Below are positions 12,211 through 24,380 of a stretch of 64,000 bases of DNA, piece after piece. Numbering within the stretch: position 1 is the first letter of the stretch; each line of letters begins with the position of its first letter. The notes below the pieces were generated by a model. The model had not been told where the DNA came from. It saw only the letters and a list, made by a program, of their open reading frames with translations, and ran no database searches. Made by a program: the position numbers and the translations under genes. This DNA comes from Camelus dromedarius (Eukaryota), in contig NC_087436.1 in assembly GCF_036321535.1 (NCBI RefSeq), forward strand, positions 108,006,001-108,070,000, written 5' to 3'.

Positions 12211-15200
12211 GGCCTTACTCAAGTGGGCAAGGGTGGAAGGTACTCAGTTCTTCAACATTATGTAAGAGCCTGAGATCTTTCTATGATCTGGTGGTTAATT
12301 TTCCATCACAAGATATGATGTTAGCACAAAATTGGGTTTGTATTGATTTTAAGCAAATAAAGAAGTTGAATTTTTTTTTGCAGTTTGTATTTGTGGGCTG
12401 AGATGAATTTTCTCCAAGTACAGTGTTTATGTAAACAACTCTTACAGGATCTTGGTATTTAATCCCAAGTCTAACCTGTTGACAGCTGGTAGCTCGTGAT
12501 ATTGTCTTATAGTGTTGTTTAATTTTTCATTATTTGTCTTGTTTTCTGAGCGGATATAAGTCCCTTGAGTACAGGGACCTTGTATTATTTCTTTGCATTC
12601 TCTACAGTATCTGGGATATCACTTCAGATATCTGTTCTTAATTCCCACCATTATATCTTTTTCGGGAGAGTATTATAAAAAAAGTCAGTATTCATTATTG
12701 ATACAATGGTTATTTTCCTGGACTCTTAGAAGACTGATCAGTTAACAGTACTCATCTTGAGGGGAAAAATTAAGAAACAAGAGAGTGGGGTAATCTAAAA
12801 GTCGATTTCTCTTTCTCTGGAACTAGATGCATAGATGCATTCTTTTTTTTCCTTAGAAAAAGGCAAAGGAATAAGAATGATTTTGAATCTGTTAAAGCTG
12901 CATAACATCTATGCTAAGCATAGCTACCAAGAAGGCCCCAGTTTTGTCATTATGAATATACCAATTTTGGGGGGTAGATAGCATGTGGCTATTTATTTTG
13001 TTGAGCCAAACAGTGTACATTTTATTCAGCATATCATCGCTTACAAGTGCTTAAGATTAATTTAATTCATGATTACTTAACTGAAAAGTTGATATAACTC
13101 TTATCAAACACTAAGAGCATTTGTGGACATTAAGAATTTCTGACCAGTTGCCACCATTAATTGCCTTTTTGTCTCGTTTACAACCAGGACAGGGGCTCCC
13201 CCTGAGGCCTTGATTATGTCAGTTGAGACACATTCCACAGCAATATCAGGACATCTCTAAATGTGCCTATTTAAAATTCCTCCAAGCATCGTGCTTATCA
13301 TATCCTTATCTGGCCATGTCACAGACTCCTGGGTCACATCGTATGTACTACTTTTATTCAGTCTTAGGTGAAGGAAAAGGGGAAAAACAGACCCCAAGGT
13401 CGTTTTAGGTCTTCTTCCTGCAGCTTTCCTTTTGGAATCTAGTGTTCTAGTCAAGTAGCTTCCATCCCCACATGAGCCAAAGGCCCAGTGAATCCTGCCC
13501 ACTTCTCCAGGGTTTTGCTGTGGGTGTGACTGCACAAGTCCTAAAGCAGGATCACAAGAGGGAAAGTTTTATTGAAAACTCCTGGAGAGCATCGTCTTAT
13601 CCATCTCATTCATTCGTTTAGAAGCTTTCTTTAAAACATGAGCTGTGGTTTCATTAAAGTCTAAAAAAGTTTCCTTCACTATTCCATCCAGTCCCTTACG
13701 GAGTACCACGGACATACCCCCTGGTGAGTCGTCGGTAGGACGATTCACGCAGTAATCAGGTGCTGGGTTTCACTCTTAACCATCTTTCTCTAACTTCGGA
13801 GACCGAGGCAGCTTATCTGTGCAGGATTAAATGGCATGTTGGAACTTAGGTTTTTAAAGTATTATAAATCTGAAATGTGTTGCTGTTCATTAAAGGAATC
13901 CCCAATTCTCTTATTCTGTATTCTGTGTTACTTTTGTCTGCGTATTTTTGAGCCAGAGGGCTAAGGTTAGGCATGTGATAAATATCCTTCTCTGACTAAT
14001 AGAAGTGGCACTAATACTTCTTCGTCCCTGTTCCCCTGCCCTGCCTCATGTGGCAAAAGCAAAACGGGAATGGAATGTGTTGCGGCTACAAAAATGTATT
14101 TAAATGCCCACAGTTGATATTGGAGGATGGAGGAATCTTCACTTCCCTTCCCCGTTTGCCATGATCATAACTTTCTGAATGTGTTGTACTCAAGGATTTC
14201 TTGTTGCTCGGTGTTTGAAGTATAATGGAGTTTATGATTTCCTCTCTTTTGGGAAGACACGGGCCTAACTATTGGCCTATCATCTTTATAGCTCAAACTC
14301 TGTTAGGTGAACCCATATCCAGGGTTTATTCTGGACCTATTGGTTCATTGAGGAAACAGAGTTCTTAAAATCTTTGAGCTGTGAAGCCTAGCATTGTGTG
14401 TCAGGAATTCTCTTAGTTTCTTTTGGGAGTAGCTCTTCCCTTGAGAAATTCTGGCAGAGCTTTTGTGGTCCCTTTGTTCTTCTAGGGTAGAGTGCAAGAC
14501 AGGTCATCCCCAAATTTTGGGCAGAACCACCCCGGAAATTACAGATTTAGAGCTAATGGAACTATATTCATGAGAGAGACATGAAAGAGAATAGACTAGA
14601 GAGGGAATTCCAAAATTCGAATATTTTCATTAAAATGGACCTGAAAGATTGTTTAAGACTAGCCATTCATCTCATATTTTAGCTGTCTTATGACCTGGGG
14701 AAGATGAGTGATGAAGGCAAGTCCTGTTCCATGCTGGGGCGCGACAACATCAAAACTATACCTGAGATTCTGAAACCACTGATTACCATTCATTCTACTC
14801 CGTGTTGTATATGTGCCAGAATTCTAGGTGGGAGAATTTTCATTGTGACTAAATTACAATTTTTATTTTACCAAAAATTCTGGACAATCATATGCAATCT
14901 AAACCTGTCTTCCAGGGCAATATAATGTTTTATCCTTCCAGTTTTATTCCTAAATTTTATGTAAAGTTCTGCATGCAGATAACTTAGTTACAGAAACAGT
15001 GCTGAACCAAGACTCCAATCTGCCATCGTTGTCCTTGATTGAAGATACCCCTGGAGCCAGTGTTTATTTCAGTGAGCAGCAGTTCATGGATGCAACTTGT
15101 TGTGTGTATAATGAGGATTAGAAAAGTCAGAAAGTTTGTCTCATTAAGTGGACCACTGAATAATGGAGAATTTAATACCAGTTGGCCAGTGGAGGAACAC

Positions 15201-16729
15201 TGGTGCATATATAGTAATGATATGAGCTATTATTTAATGTTCTCATCAACCTGGAGCCATGGTTTCTTAGCATGATTTCTGGGAATCTCCTCTGTATTGC
15301 TAGAAAGAATAAGATGTTGATGAATTAATTAGTAATCATCCAGCTGTGCTAATTATATAAGAGATCTTAATGTGATTTATTGATGTGCATGGAAAGCTGC
15401 CCTGGAAAGAACAGCTCCTCTCATGGACTCCCATTTCAGGTGGCCAGGTATCTGGTAACACACAAGGTGTCAGGTGAGTGTAAATGTCATGGAGATGTGT
15501 AGGTTGTCTGTTTCAGGACAAACACTGGTCTTTTCATATCTATAGTTTCCTATTCCTCTCTGTTAAATAAAAAGCCGTAGCCCAGTGTATTTTATACCTC
15601 TCATGTGTTCTTCCTTTCAGTTTCAAATTCTGATTTTTAAAAAATAATTAGTTGTTTAATGTCTAAATCATCATGAACTTCTAGAAAGAAAGTACTATTG
15701 TGCATTTATTCACAGCTGTGTCCTCAGTGCTGAATAGGGTACCTGAGATGACAGGCAGTCCGTACATATTTATCAAATGAATATAACTCAGATAAACATT
15801 AATTGATCATCTTCATCATTTGCATGTATTTTAAGGAGATTCTTCTACGTAAAAGCAGTTGGTGCTGGCTCTGGGGACACATTTTAAGTACAATTTCCTC
15901 ACTTTTCTGTACTTCTGAGCATGTAAGTAACATTAATATAATAACTACATACCATTATTGAAACTTTCAGAGAAATACAAAATTGTTACTGGCAAACTGA
16001 AAGAACACAGAATTTTTTTTAGGGGAATAGTGAAGGAAGTACCATGTGAGACGCTATACTGTACTGAATAAAATTGAAAAAGCTCCACTTAGCACCCTGA
16101 TGTTTCACGATGCAGTATCGGTATTTTGTTTTGCCACCCCGACTTTTGTGGGGTCCTGCCTAAGAAAATATCCACCTACAGCCTCTGTTGTAGCTTCATT
16201 TGAGAAAGAAGCCAAAGTGTAAGACTTTGGTAACATTTAGGCATAAGAAGAACAGGGCAAAATTCTTTTCTGCTATGCTTTTTCCTGGCCAACTTGGTCT
16301 CTTACTTCCTCTTCTGTATGTCAGAAGAAAACTAAGGTACAGCTTGATATATCTGGCACAAAAGAAGAACTCGCTGGAGGAAAAACAGCCCCATTAATAA
16401 CCTACCTTCTCAACACATTCATTTCTTCATGCTTAATTCTTAGTACTGAAGCTGCCAGTTATGGAGGGCTTAGTAATTGCCATGCCCTGCATCATGTCCT
16501 TTATATGTACTGAGCATAAGGGCCTATGGACACCAAGTCCACTGTCTTGGTGGCTGGGGTGGAATTTGCTTGCTAACCATTCAGGGCTTGGGATCCAGTG
16601 TGACTGGAAGGAGGAGTTTTTCTGCTTCCCGTATTCCTCAAAAAACCTCCCTAAAGGGGGAAGCTTTGTGGTGGCAGATAGTAGAGAGAAGTTCTGGATG
16701 AAAGGTGTTTTTTAAAGGGTGACACTATA

Positions 16730-17257
16730 CTTTTGCTCAGGCCCCCCATGGCGCCGGCAGGATGGGCAAGTGTTGCTGTCTTCGTACTGCCGGGAAGCTC
16801 CGCAGCCACCGGCGAGACCAGAAGTGGAGTGATAAACGGTGCAAGGAAGCCAATTTGGGCACAGCCCTGAAGGCCAACCCTTTCGGAGGCGCTTCTCATG
16901 CAAAGGGAATTGTGCTCGAAAAAGTAGGGGTTGAAGCCAAACAGCCAAATTCTGCCATCAGGAAGTGTGTCAGGGTTCAGCTAATCAAGAATGGCAAAAA
17001 AAAAATCACAGCCTTTCAACCCAATGATGGTTGTTTGAATTTTACTGAGGAAAGTGATAAAGTTCTGGTTGCTGGATTTGGTCACAAAGGTCACGCTGTT
17101 GGTGACATTCCTGGAGTCCACCTTAAGGTGGTCAAAGTAGCCAGTGTCTCTCCTTTGGCTTTTATACAAAGGCAGGAAGGAAAGACCAAGACCCTAAGTT
17201 TTGATAGTGAAAGCACAAGAGTAATAAATTTTCCATACGCCAAAAAAGAAAAAAAAA
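16730..17257 (+). pseudogene. RPS23: Processed (retroposed) pseudogene of 40S ribosomal protein S23 (uS12), full length
   Basis: ORF from 16762 matches RPS23 ([49 protein letters not shown]); intronless; pyrimidine-start 5' UTR 'cttttgctcagg'; ancestral stop TAA at 17195-17197 shifted out of frame; AATAAA 17223-17228; A-tail about 17242-17257; TSD aaagggtgacactata (16714-16729) / aaagagtgacactaca (17255-17270). Confidence 0.96.
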
Positions 17258-17335
17258 GAGTGACACTACAGGGAAAAGGGTGAAAAACTTTGGACCCAAG
17301 TTAGGTAAACCACAAATCTAGAGTTCCATCAACTT

Positions 17336-17402
17336 TTGTTTTTTTAACAGCTTTATTGAGCTATAATTTACATACCAGAAAATCCACCCATTGTTAAGTA
17401 TA
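17336..17402 (-). mobile_element. L1MB-like 3' terminal fragment
   Basis: 'tttttaacagctttattgagctataatttacatacc...aaatccacccatt' is the reverse complement of an L1M 3' end. Confidence 0.75.
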
Positions 17403-17738
17403 TATTATTCAAACAGTTTGAGTACTGTAACCATTAAGACACGTGAAAGTCCAGAAGGCCTTGGCCTCTGCTCCTTCCTCAGCCCACCGTACCGCTGTGG
17501 GAGGGTCCTCAAAGTGAGATTTTCCTCTCTACCAGAGATTAAGGCCCGTGAAACAATATTTTAAATTTGTGCCTCTTGTCTTCTCCATTAAATTGTATTC
17601 CTTCCTCTTTATTCAGGTGAAAATTCTAAATGTGTTCTTAGGTTTCTGCAGTTCAGTTTTCAGTTTATTGCTTACTTGTGTATGGAATGGAGTTCGAATG
17701 GGCAAGAATGAAATGATATGTTTAAGAAAGTAAGTGCT

Positions 17739-17838
17739 CTATAGTTCAATTATTAAAAAAAGAAATTTGAAGTTTTAATCTTGAAAAAAATGTAACATAA
17801 AATAATAAAGTCACTTTTAATATTTGTGATAAAAAAAA
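17739..17838 (+). other. Short TSD-flanked polyadenylated insertion (putative 5'-truncated retrocopy of unknown source)
   Basis: Direct repeats aagaaagtaagtgct (17724-17738) / aaaaaagtaagtgct (17833-17847); AATAAA at 17804-17809, 21 nt before an A8 run. Confidence 0.6.
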
Positions 17839-18086
17839 GTAAGTGCTACTGTGGTAGAGATAATAAAGTCTTTATCAAGTCACAAAATTCTATTATTTAG
17901 CTTCTTTTCCTATAAAACCTGGGTGCTTTTACATATGTTGTCATAAGGATATGAAAATAAATTTTGAAAGTCTTTAGAGTCATAGGGTTTTAAAGTGGCA
18001 GGAGGCTAAAGTTATCCTCTTGTCTGTTTTTGGCCAGTGAAATATTATTCCCCAAAATGTGAGACTATTGAAGTTCAGAAAGCCTG

Positions 18087-19420
18087 AATTTATTCATTTA
18101 TTTTTTCAGCACTTACTTGTTGAGCAACTTCTACATCCAAACCACAGTGTCAGTTATTAGAATTAAAAAAAAAAAAAAAAACAGAAAACAAAATAACCCC
18201 ACTCCTGTCGGCTGAGCTAGTCTGGCTGTAACAACAAGTTGATGACGTTTACCCGTTGAGCATGCAGCCCCAATTTCGCAAAGTACCTACATCACACAGA
18301 GTCACTGTGTGATCATGATGGAGTGAGTCAAAAACAAGACCACTGCATGATCATGTCTGATGACAAAATAAAATAGCACAACCCAAAGCACAAAAATGGC
18401 CAAGCATGCCTGTCTCCCAGCTAATGGGGCACTGGTGTTTCTTTACCAGTTACAGCTTTAACTTCCAAATTGCCACTCTTGCCTCCTAAATAAAAACAGT
18501 TCGCATATCCAGCCATCGAATTGCCCTTACTTTCTAACAGCACCCAATCCAGAGCAAAATCACCTTTTCTCGACTCTTCCACAGATCACCCAACACAAAC
18601 CCAAATTTTATAACGAGCTGCGCATCTCACCCTCTCCTGGGACGCCCACACCCAGGGTTCCACATGGTCGCTGTCTCTTTCCCTGCAGTGAGCCACTCAG
18701 TCTGACTTCGCCAGACACTGATCTATCCCTCGGGGTCGTTGGCTGGGGGTGGGTGGGCACTGGCATCAGTGCTGGAGGTAAAACAGGTGTTGTCTCAGCT
18801 CATACGGAGTTTTCATTCTTGTCAGTGAGACAGACGTTAATAGCAGTTTGCTAATTAGTGGATAGTTGCCGATGAAATTGATGCTTTGCAGAAAGGAATT
18901 TGGCTGGATGTGCAGCAGGGGTCTGGAAGCTTCACTGAGGAAATGTCCCTTGAGCTGAGAGGTGAGAAGGATAATAAGGGGCAGGTGTGAAGGGTCCCAG
19001 GCAAGAACTTGAGACCTGGGCGAAGACTAGTAGGAACAAATGGCCTGGAGGAGTCGGCGGGGCGCGCTTAGAGATTCTGTGTTGAGTATTAGGCCTTTCT
19101 TCCAAAGAAAACCATTGAAGGGTCTTGAGGAGGATAATGATGTTAGTGATTGTGCAAACATTTTTGGATGTTGTCTGAAGAAGACATTGGAGAGAATTCA
19201 CAGTGGATGCAGGGAAGCTGGTTAGGAGGCTTCTTCAAGTAAGAAATAAAGAAAGTGTGGCTTATGACAGAGGAGGTAAAGGTGGAGAGATGTAGACTTG
19301 TTTTGGATGAACTTTCTTGTTAAACGAAGTAGCACTGGGTCATGGGTCCGGAGCAGGGTGCTGTGAGGGAGAGGGAGGTATTCTGGCCTGGGCAACTAAA
19401 GAGATGGTGCGGTGTCTGTT
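18087..19420 (-). mobile_element. L2 LINE fragment interrupted by an LTR
   Basis: Starts 'attcatttatt...cttacttgttgagcaacttctac'; resumes after about 18765 with 'cttcactgaggaaatgtcccttgagctgaga' and 'ttctggcctgggcaact'. Confidence 0.65.
18206..18765 (+). mobile_element. Old ERV1-class solo LTR (MER90/MER110-like)
   Basis: 'aaaacaagaccactgcatgatcatgtctga', 'ctttaccagttacagcttta', 'cccaatccagagcaaa' and end 'ggctggggg...gggcactggca' resemble recalled MER90-type LTR consensus. Confidence 0.65.
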
Positions 19421-22400
19421 ATTGACTTGATGAATGCTGCATTTATTGACTTTACTAATGTCATAAACTGCTAAATATCACAGCTACATCTCACATCCTC
19501 TGCATTCTGGAGCAGGTCTTTCTTCCTTTTACTTTCAACCCTTCTTTGTATTATAAAATGAAATCAAGGGGAAGACGTGGAGCTAGGAGAATTTCCAAAC
19601 AGATTCGTGGATTGGAGTGCAGCAAACAGAGATGCTGTCTTGAAATATAGCATCATGTTGTGATAATCAATCACGTTTAAAGCTTTTTTTAAATTTTAAT
19701 TCTAAGATCAGTCATTTAAAATCTAACTCTCTCAGATTCCCCTGAACAGGAATGGGTTATTATTCTGGAAGTAGAGGTGAGGATGGAGGTCGGAGAGAGG
19801 AGATGAGGTTGAGGAAATGTAATTGTATGTATGAAAACCATCTCTTTCTCTTAGATTTCATTAGAATTGGGTCTCTAATTTTTTTTTAAATTAATGAGTC
19901 ATCCTTTCATTTATCCATTCAACTTGTATCTTCATTCAGAAACATTTTCAGAGTGATTAATTCCCATGTCCTCTGCTAGATATTGAAGATAAATAACAGT
20001 GAATGATTGTTTTATACTGCAGAGTATGGTTGGGGAGTCAGAAAACCTAGTTTTAGTCTCAGTTCTGTTTCTATCTTTATGTATGTTTCTTTAAATAATT
20101 TATTGTTTCTTTGCCTTTATTTTATTGAGACTATGGGATTAAAAATTATATATCCTGACTACCTTATAGGTATTAACCTTTATTTGGGAAAGCAAAACCA
20201 AAAAAAGATGTCCTCCAGTCTGATGGGCACCATTAGGGAGGCAGTGATAGACTCTCAACCTCGGTTTCTTATAAAATGAGAGTAATACCACTGCTTGTCT
20301 AACACTCTCAAAAAAATACATGAGATAAGACATGTAAAACTATGTTAAATACTAAATATCCCAGATAATAAATACTAGTCACAGTAAATGCTAAAACATT
20401 GAAAAAAGAAATATTTATTAATGAAGAAAGTCATAGGTTTTGGCATTTTGGACACAGTGGACAAATGCTGTCATTTTGATCTGTAACATAAATAGATATC
20501 CTTAGGTCTTCGTAGCATGGAATTACAAAAAAATTAGAGTAAAATCAATTCCCACTTAACTAAACATTCTCTCCCCCATGAAAAATTCAGGGTTGTGGCC
20601 TCTTTTGTACTCTACCCACTCCACCTGAAATATGCTTTTTAGTGCCTTGAATTCTGTTTGTGTTCTCTGTTCTCCCCACCTCCCCTTTCATTCCTGATGT
20701 CTCTGTATAGCTGTTAAGAGCGGTGTCTCGTCACAAGTGTGTCTGCGAGGGCTCTGCTCCCCCAGGCCAGCGTCTGCATCCTCGTGTCGCACAGCTGCAG
20801 AACAGCACCCTTCCTGTGCCAGTTGTCCCCACTCTCCAGAGGTGTCCAGACAGATGTGCTTTATCACTCTGGCCACACGTCTCTTCCTAGGGGCTTCATC
20901 ATTTCATTGCACAGTTTCTGCAGCCACTCACCTAATTTCCTGCCCCTTCCCTCTCTTACCCCAGACACAAAATAAAAAGCGCTTTTGGGAAATAGCAGGT
21001 GGCCACTGGCCTCATTTTCCAGTTCACTTACAAACTTGCTCTTCCCTCCTCCTTGCTTTTATGTACCTACCAGTGCACGTTTATCTACCGACTCTAGAGG
21101 TTTCCTTTTTTTTAACCTCGGTTACATATATTTATTTTCTAATAAGTTAAAACTAGATTTTGCATGTCAGAATACTTTCTATTATCAATGTAATGGTAAA
21201 AGTGAAGTTGCAAAAATCTGTGTTAGAATATAGTCTTTTCCACTTACTAGTTAGATCATCTGAGGAAAATGCATAAACTTCTCTGCACCTCGGCTTCCCA
21301 TAAAATGGACATAACACGTCTCTGGGTTTTTCTGAGAAATCAGCGAGAGGGTGTCTTTGAAAGAATCTCGCACACTGCTTTGCCAAGTAACTATTTCAGA
21401 GAATGAATGCAGTGAAGGGTTTGCCCCAGGTGGACTAAAGAAAGCAGGAGAGGTTTCTTATGAGAAATGTTGGCAAATGTTATTGCTGGAATTCCTTTTA
21501 GAAGCTGTATAATGCTTGATTACCTGAGGCATCAAGGAGGGTTTATGTCCTCCATCACAATGTGCGTGTAACGTTTGGGAGTATATTGTATTCAGCTCTG
21601 TCTGCAATTTATTTTGGGAAAGATTTGTATGAGGAGTTCTATATTAAAGTAAACAGTATTGAATTTTTCCTTCAATTCCTCTAGGCCCTGCTTTATTACT
21701 GGTTTACTTATTTATTTATTTTTTAGATCATTATGTGAACAATGATGAAAGTAAAAACCATTCATTGAAAACAGAATTTGGGGAGTGGGTTGTTGGCTTA
21801 GGGCAAATAATTCATTTACTTCTTTTGATTGTCAATTTCTATTTTATTTGAAAGTATTTTGCCTTGAAAAATCTCTGTTTTATTTGTTTGTATGTGTGTG
21901 TTTTCTTTGTTTATGTGTGTGTGTTTTCTTTAGAAATGGTAACTTCATAGTATTTAATTGATCTAATCTGGTTAATATTGTAATCCTTGCTTTGGCCAGT
22001 GAAGGAAAGAAAATGATGGTAAAGGCCCTTTTGCTAAACATTCTTAAACCAAATATAAATCTAAAGGGAAGATTATATATAAGAAATGCATTATAGCAAA
22101 TCTTTAGTTGAAAACATTAAAACCAACAATAAGAGTTGTCAGTTACAGACATAGCACAGCCAAAATTCCTAGTGGTCTAAGATTAATATAGTAAATCTCC
22201 TGATTTAAATAATCTCATCATTGATACATAATTTTATTAACAAGCTAGGAGAATGAACACTTTCAGGGGGAAGCAACTCATTTCTAGTTGAGAGATTGGA
22301 GAAGGCTCAGGAGTTTTGTCTAAGCTCAGCTGTCACAGATTTGTGCTCTAGAGATTATCTTTAATGCAAATTCTTGTTCAAACTGAGTAGAGAAGGGAAG

Positions 22401-23307
22401 CTTTTTAGACTCTGTTCCATAAAGAACCTCTACTGCAAGACAATTAAAAATACTAGATAACATATGTGGAGTAGCTTTTCAAATGCACTGCTGGGCTGGC
22501 AAGAATGCAAGCGAGTCTTCAGAGGCGAAAAGTAAAAAGGAAGCTGAAATCTGGAGATGTAAGAACAGAGTTCTAAAGCTGCCGTGCTCTGTCCTGAGAT
22601 GAGACGACTTAATTCCTTCATCTCTTCTACACCCAGATGTTTGACAGAATGACACCGACTTATAACTTCTTGTTTGGAGGACCAAGAAGAAGACATACCA
22701 CTTATGTAAATATTACAAAGTAGCAAACGTGCAAAATTGCCCACGATGTAGAACAGGATATAAAGACACTGAAGAATATCCCATTCTGAGGTTCCTTCTC
22801 TTTGTAACTGTATATTGCCAATATCTGGGCAATGGCATGGTCCAAGCCTTTTGGTACCAGATTCTCAAATTATAGCATATCAAGTCCAATTTTAGTCACT
22901 GAAAATGGAAGGCTTGTCACAAGGTAAATTACTCCTCAGACTGTGGGACAGGATTTTCCACCCCAGGCACAAGTTCCCTCAGAGATTTGTTCTGATATCT
23001 CTTGCTGGGTTTAGCATTGCATTTTAATTGTTTGCTGAAATGCTTGTCTTTCCTTACAGAATGTTTCTTGATGACATGTACTCTGTCTGATTCATCTTTG
23101 TACTCTCAGATCCAGTGTTTGTAATTTGCATGTTTGTGTATGTTTGTGTGTTAATAAAGAAATTGATAATCACTTTTATATTTAGGAAAGGGAAGGATTG
23201 GAAGAAAGAAACCAGGGGAAGAATGGGATTGTGTCTTCATAGAAGTCATCTTTCCAAATGCATATGGCTTTAGATCCGTGTTCGGTCCCTTTGGTAGGTG
23301 TTATAAC

Positions 23308-23527
23308 TGAAGGGTTGGCAAGTTTTTTTGTAGGAAGCTAGATGGTAAATGTTTTAGACCTTTGTGGTCATACAGTCCCTGTCACAACTGGTCAACCCTC
23401 TCCTGGTAGGATGAAAGCAGACAGATGATAGGTAAGTGAGTGGGCATGGCTATGTTCCAATAACATTTATTTGCAAAAAGAGGCAGCATGTTGAATTTAG
23501 CCCCTAGATTGTATTTGCTGATGTCTG
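23308..23527. mobile_element. MER58A-like hAT-Charlie DNA transposon
   Basis: 'gggttggcaagtttttt...gatggtaaatgttttag...tgtcacaact...gggcatggctatgttccaataacatttattt...gtatttgctga'. Confidence 0.85.
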
Positions 23528-23882
23528 TTCTAGAGAGAAGGAAGGGAGGGAGCCTAATCACTTCTGCCACGTGGTGGATATATGACATATGAATCATACT
23601 CAAAATTTCAGTGTTCAAAAGTCTTCAGTGGTGTTCTAAGGGCCTGGACATTGAATTGTGCCTTATACTGTCTCCACTTCACCACCTCCTTTGTACTGGG
23701 CCCATCCAACTTTATTTACTGCCCTATTTTTAACATGTTGAAGTCAAAGTTCACCTCTTTACTAGGGAGATCGCTGAGCAATTTGAGAATTAAAATTTAA
23801 GTGAATGCTGCTGTTGTGCTATTTTGTTAGCCCTGCCCCTTCCTCTTACAGTCAAGTGTTATGTAACGTTTCCTCTGTCCTC

Positions 23883-24010
23883 TTTTCATGGAGGGGTGGG
23901 GAGGTAACTTGATTGATGGGTTGATTTTAATAGAGGTTCTGGGGATTGAACCTGGGGCCTCATGCTTGCTAATAAGCCTGCAGTCTACCACTGAGCTGTA
24001 CCCTCCCCCT
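23883..24010 (-). mobile_element. tRNA-derived SINE, camelid Vic-1-like
   Basis: 'ggggaggtaa...agaggttctggggattgaacctggggcctcatgcttgcta...ctaccactgagctgtaccctcccc'; same family as 7191-7330. Confidence 0.85.
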
Positions 24011-24134
24011 CCTTTTTACTCTGGAACATCACTCTTAACCAGTATTAATATTAAAGATATCAAAGCAAATAAAGTAAGCCTTGATGAGCATTTGGGGAAG
24101 TGTTCTGCAATTTTAGGAAAATATAAAAAACTTT

Positions 24135-24380
24135 AAGCGTGTGGAATTTGGCATTATCCATTCCTGGATTCAATTCCTGGCTCTGCCATTTACTAAAAAT
24201 AAGACCTTGACCGAATTACTTTACCTCTTTGAATCTCAGTTGCTCCATCTGTAAAAGAAGGACAGTGTGGTGACTTAGCATTAGACTGTTGTGAACGCCA
24301 CAGAGAATTATTCTTGGAAATCGCTTAGCACAGCGCCTGGTCTGTAGGAAGAACTTGGTAAATGTCTCCTATCCTCATGA
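24135..24380 (+). mobile_element. MIR SINE, near full length
   Basis: 'cctggattcaattcctggctctgccatttact...tctcagttgctccatctgtaaaa...cgcttagcacagcgcctgg'. Confidence 0.85.
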
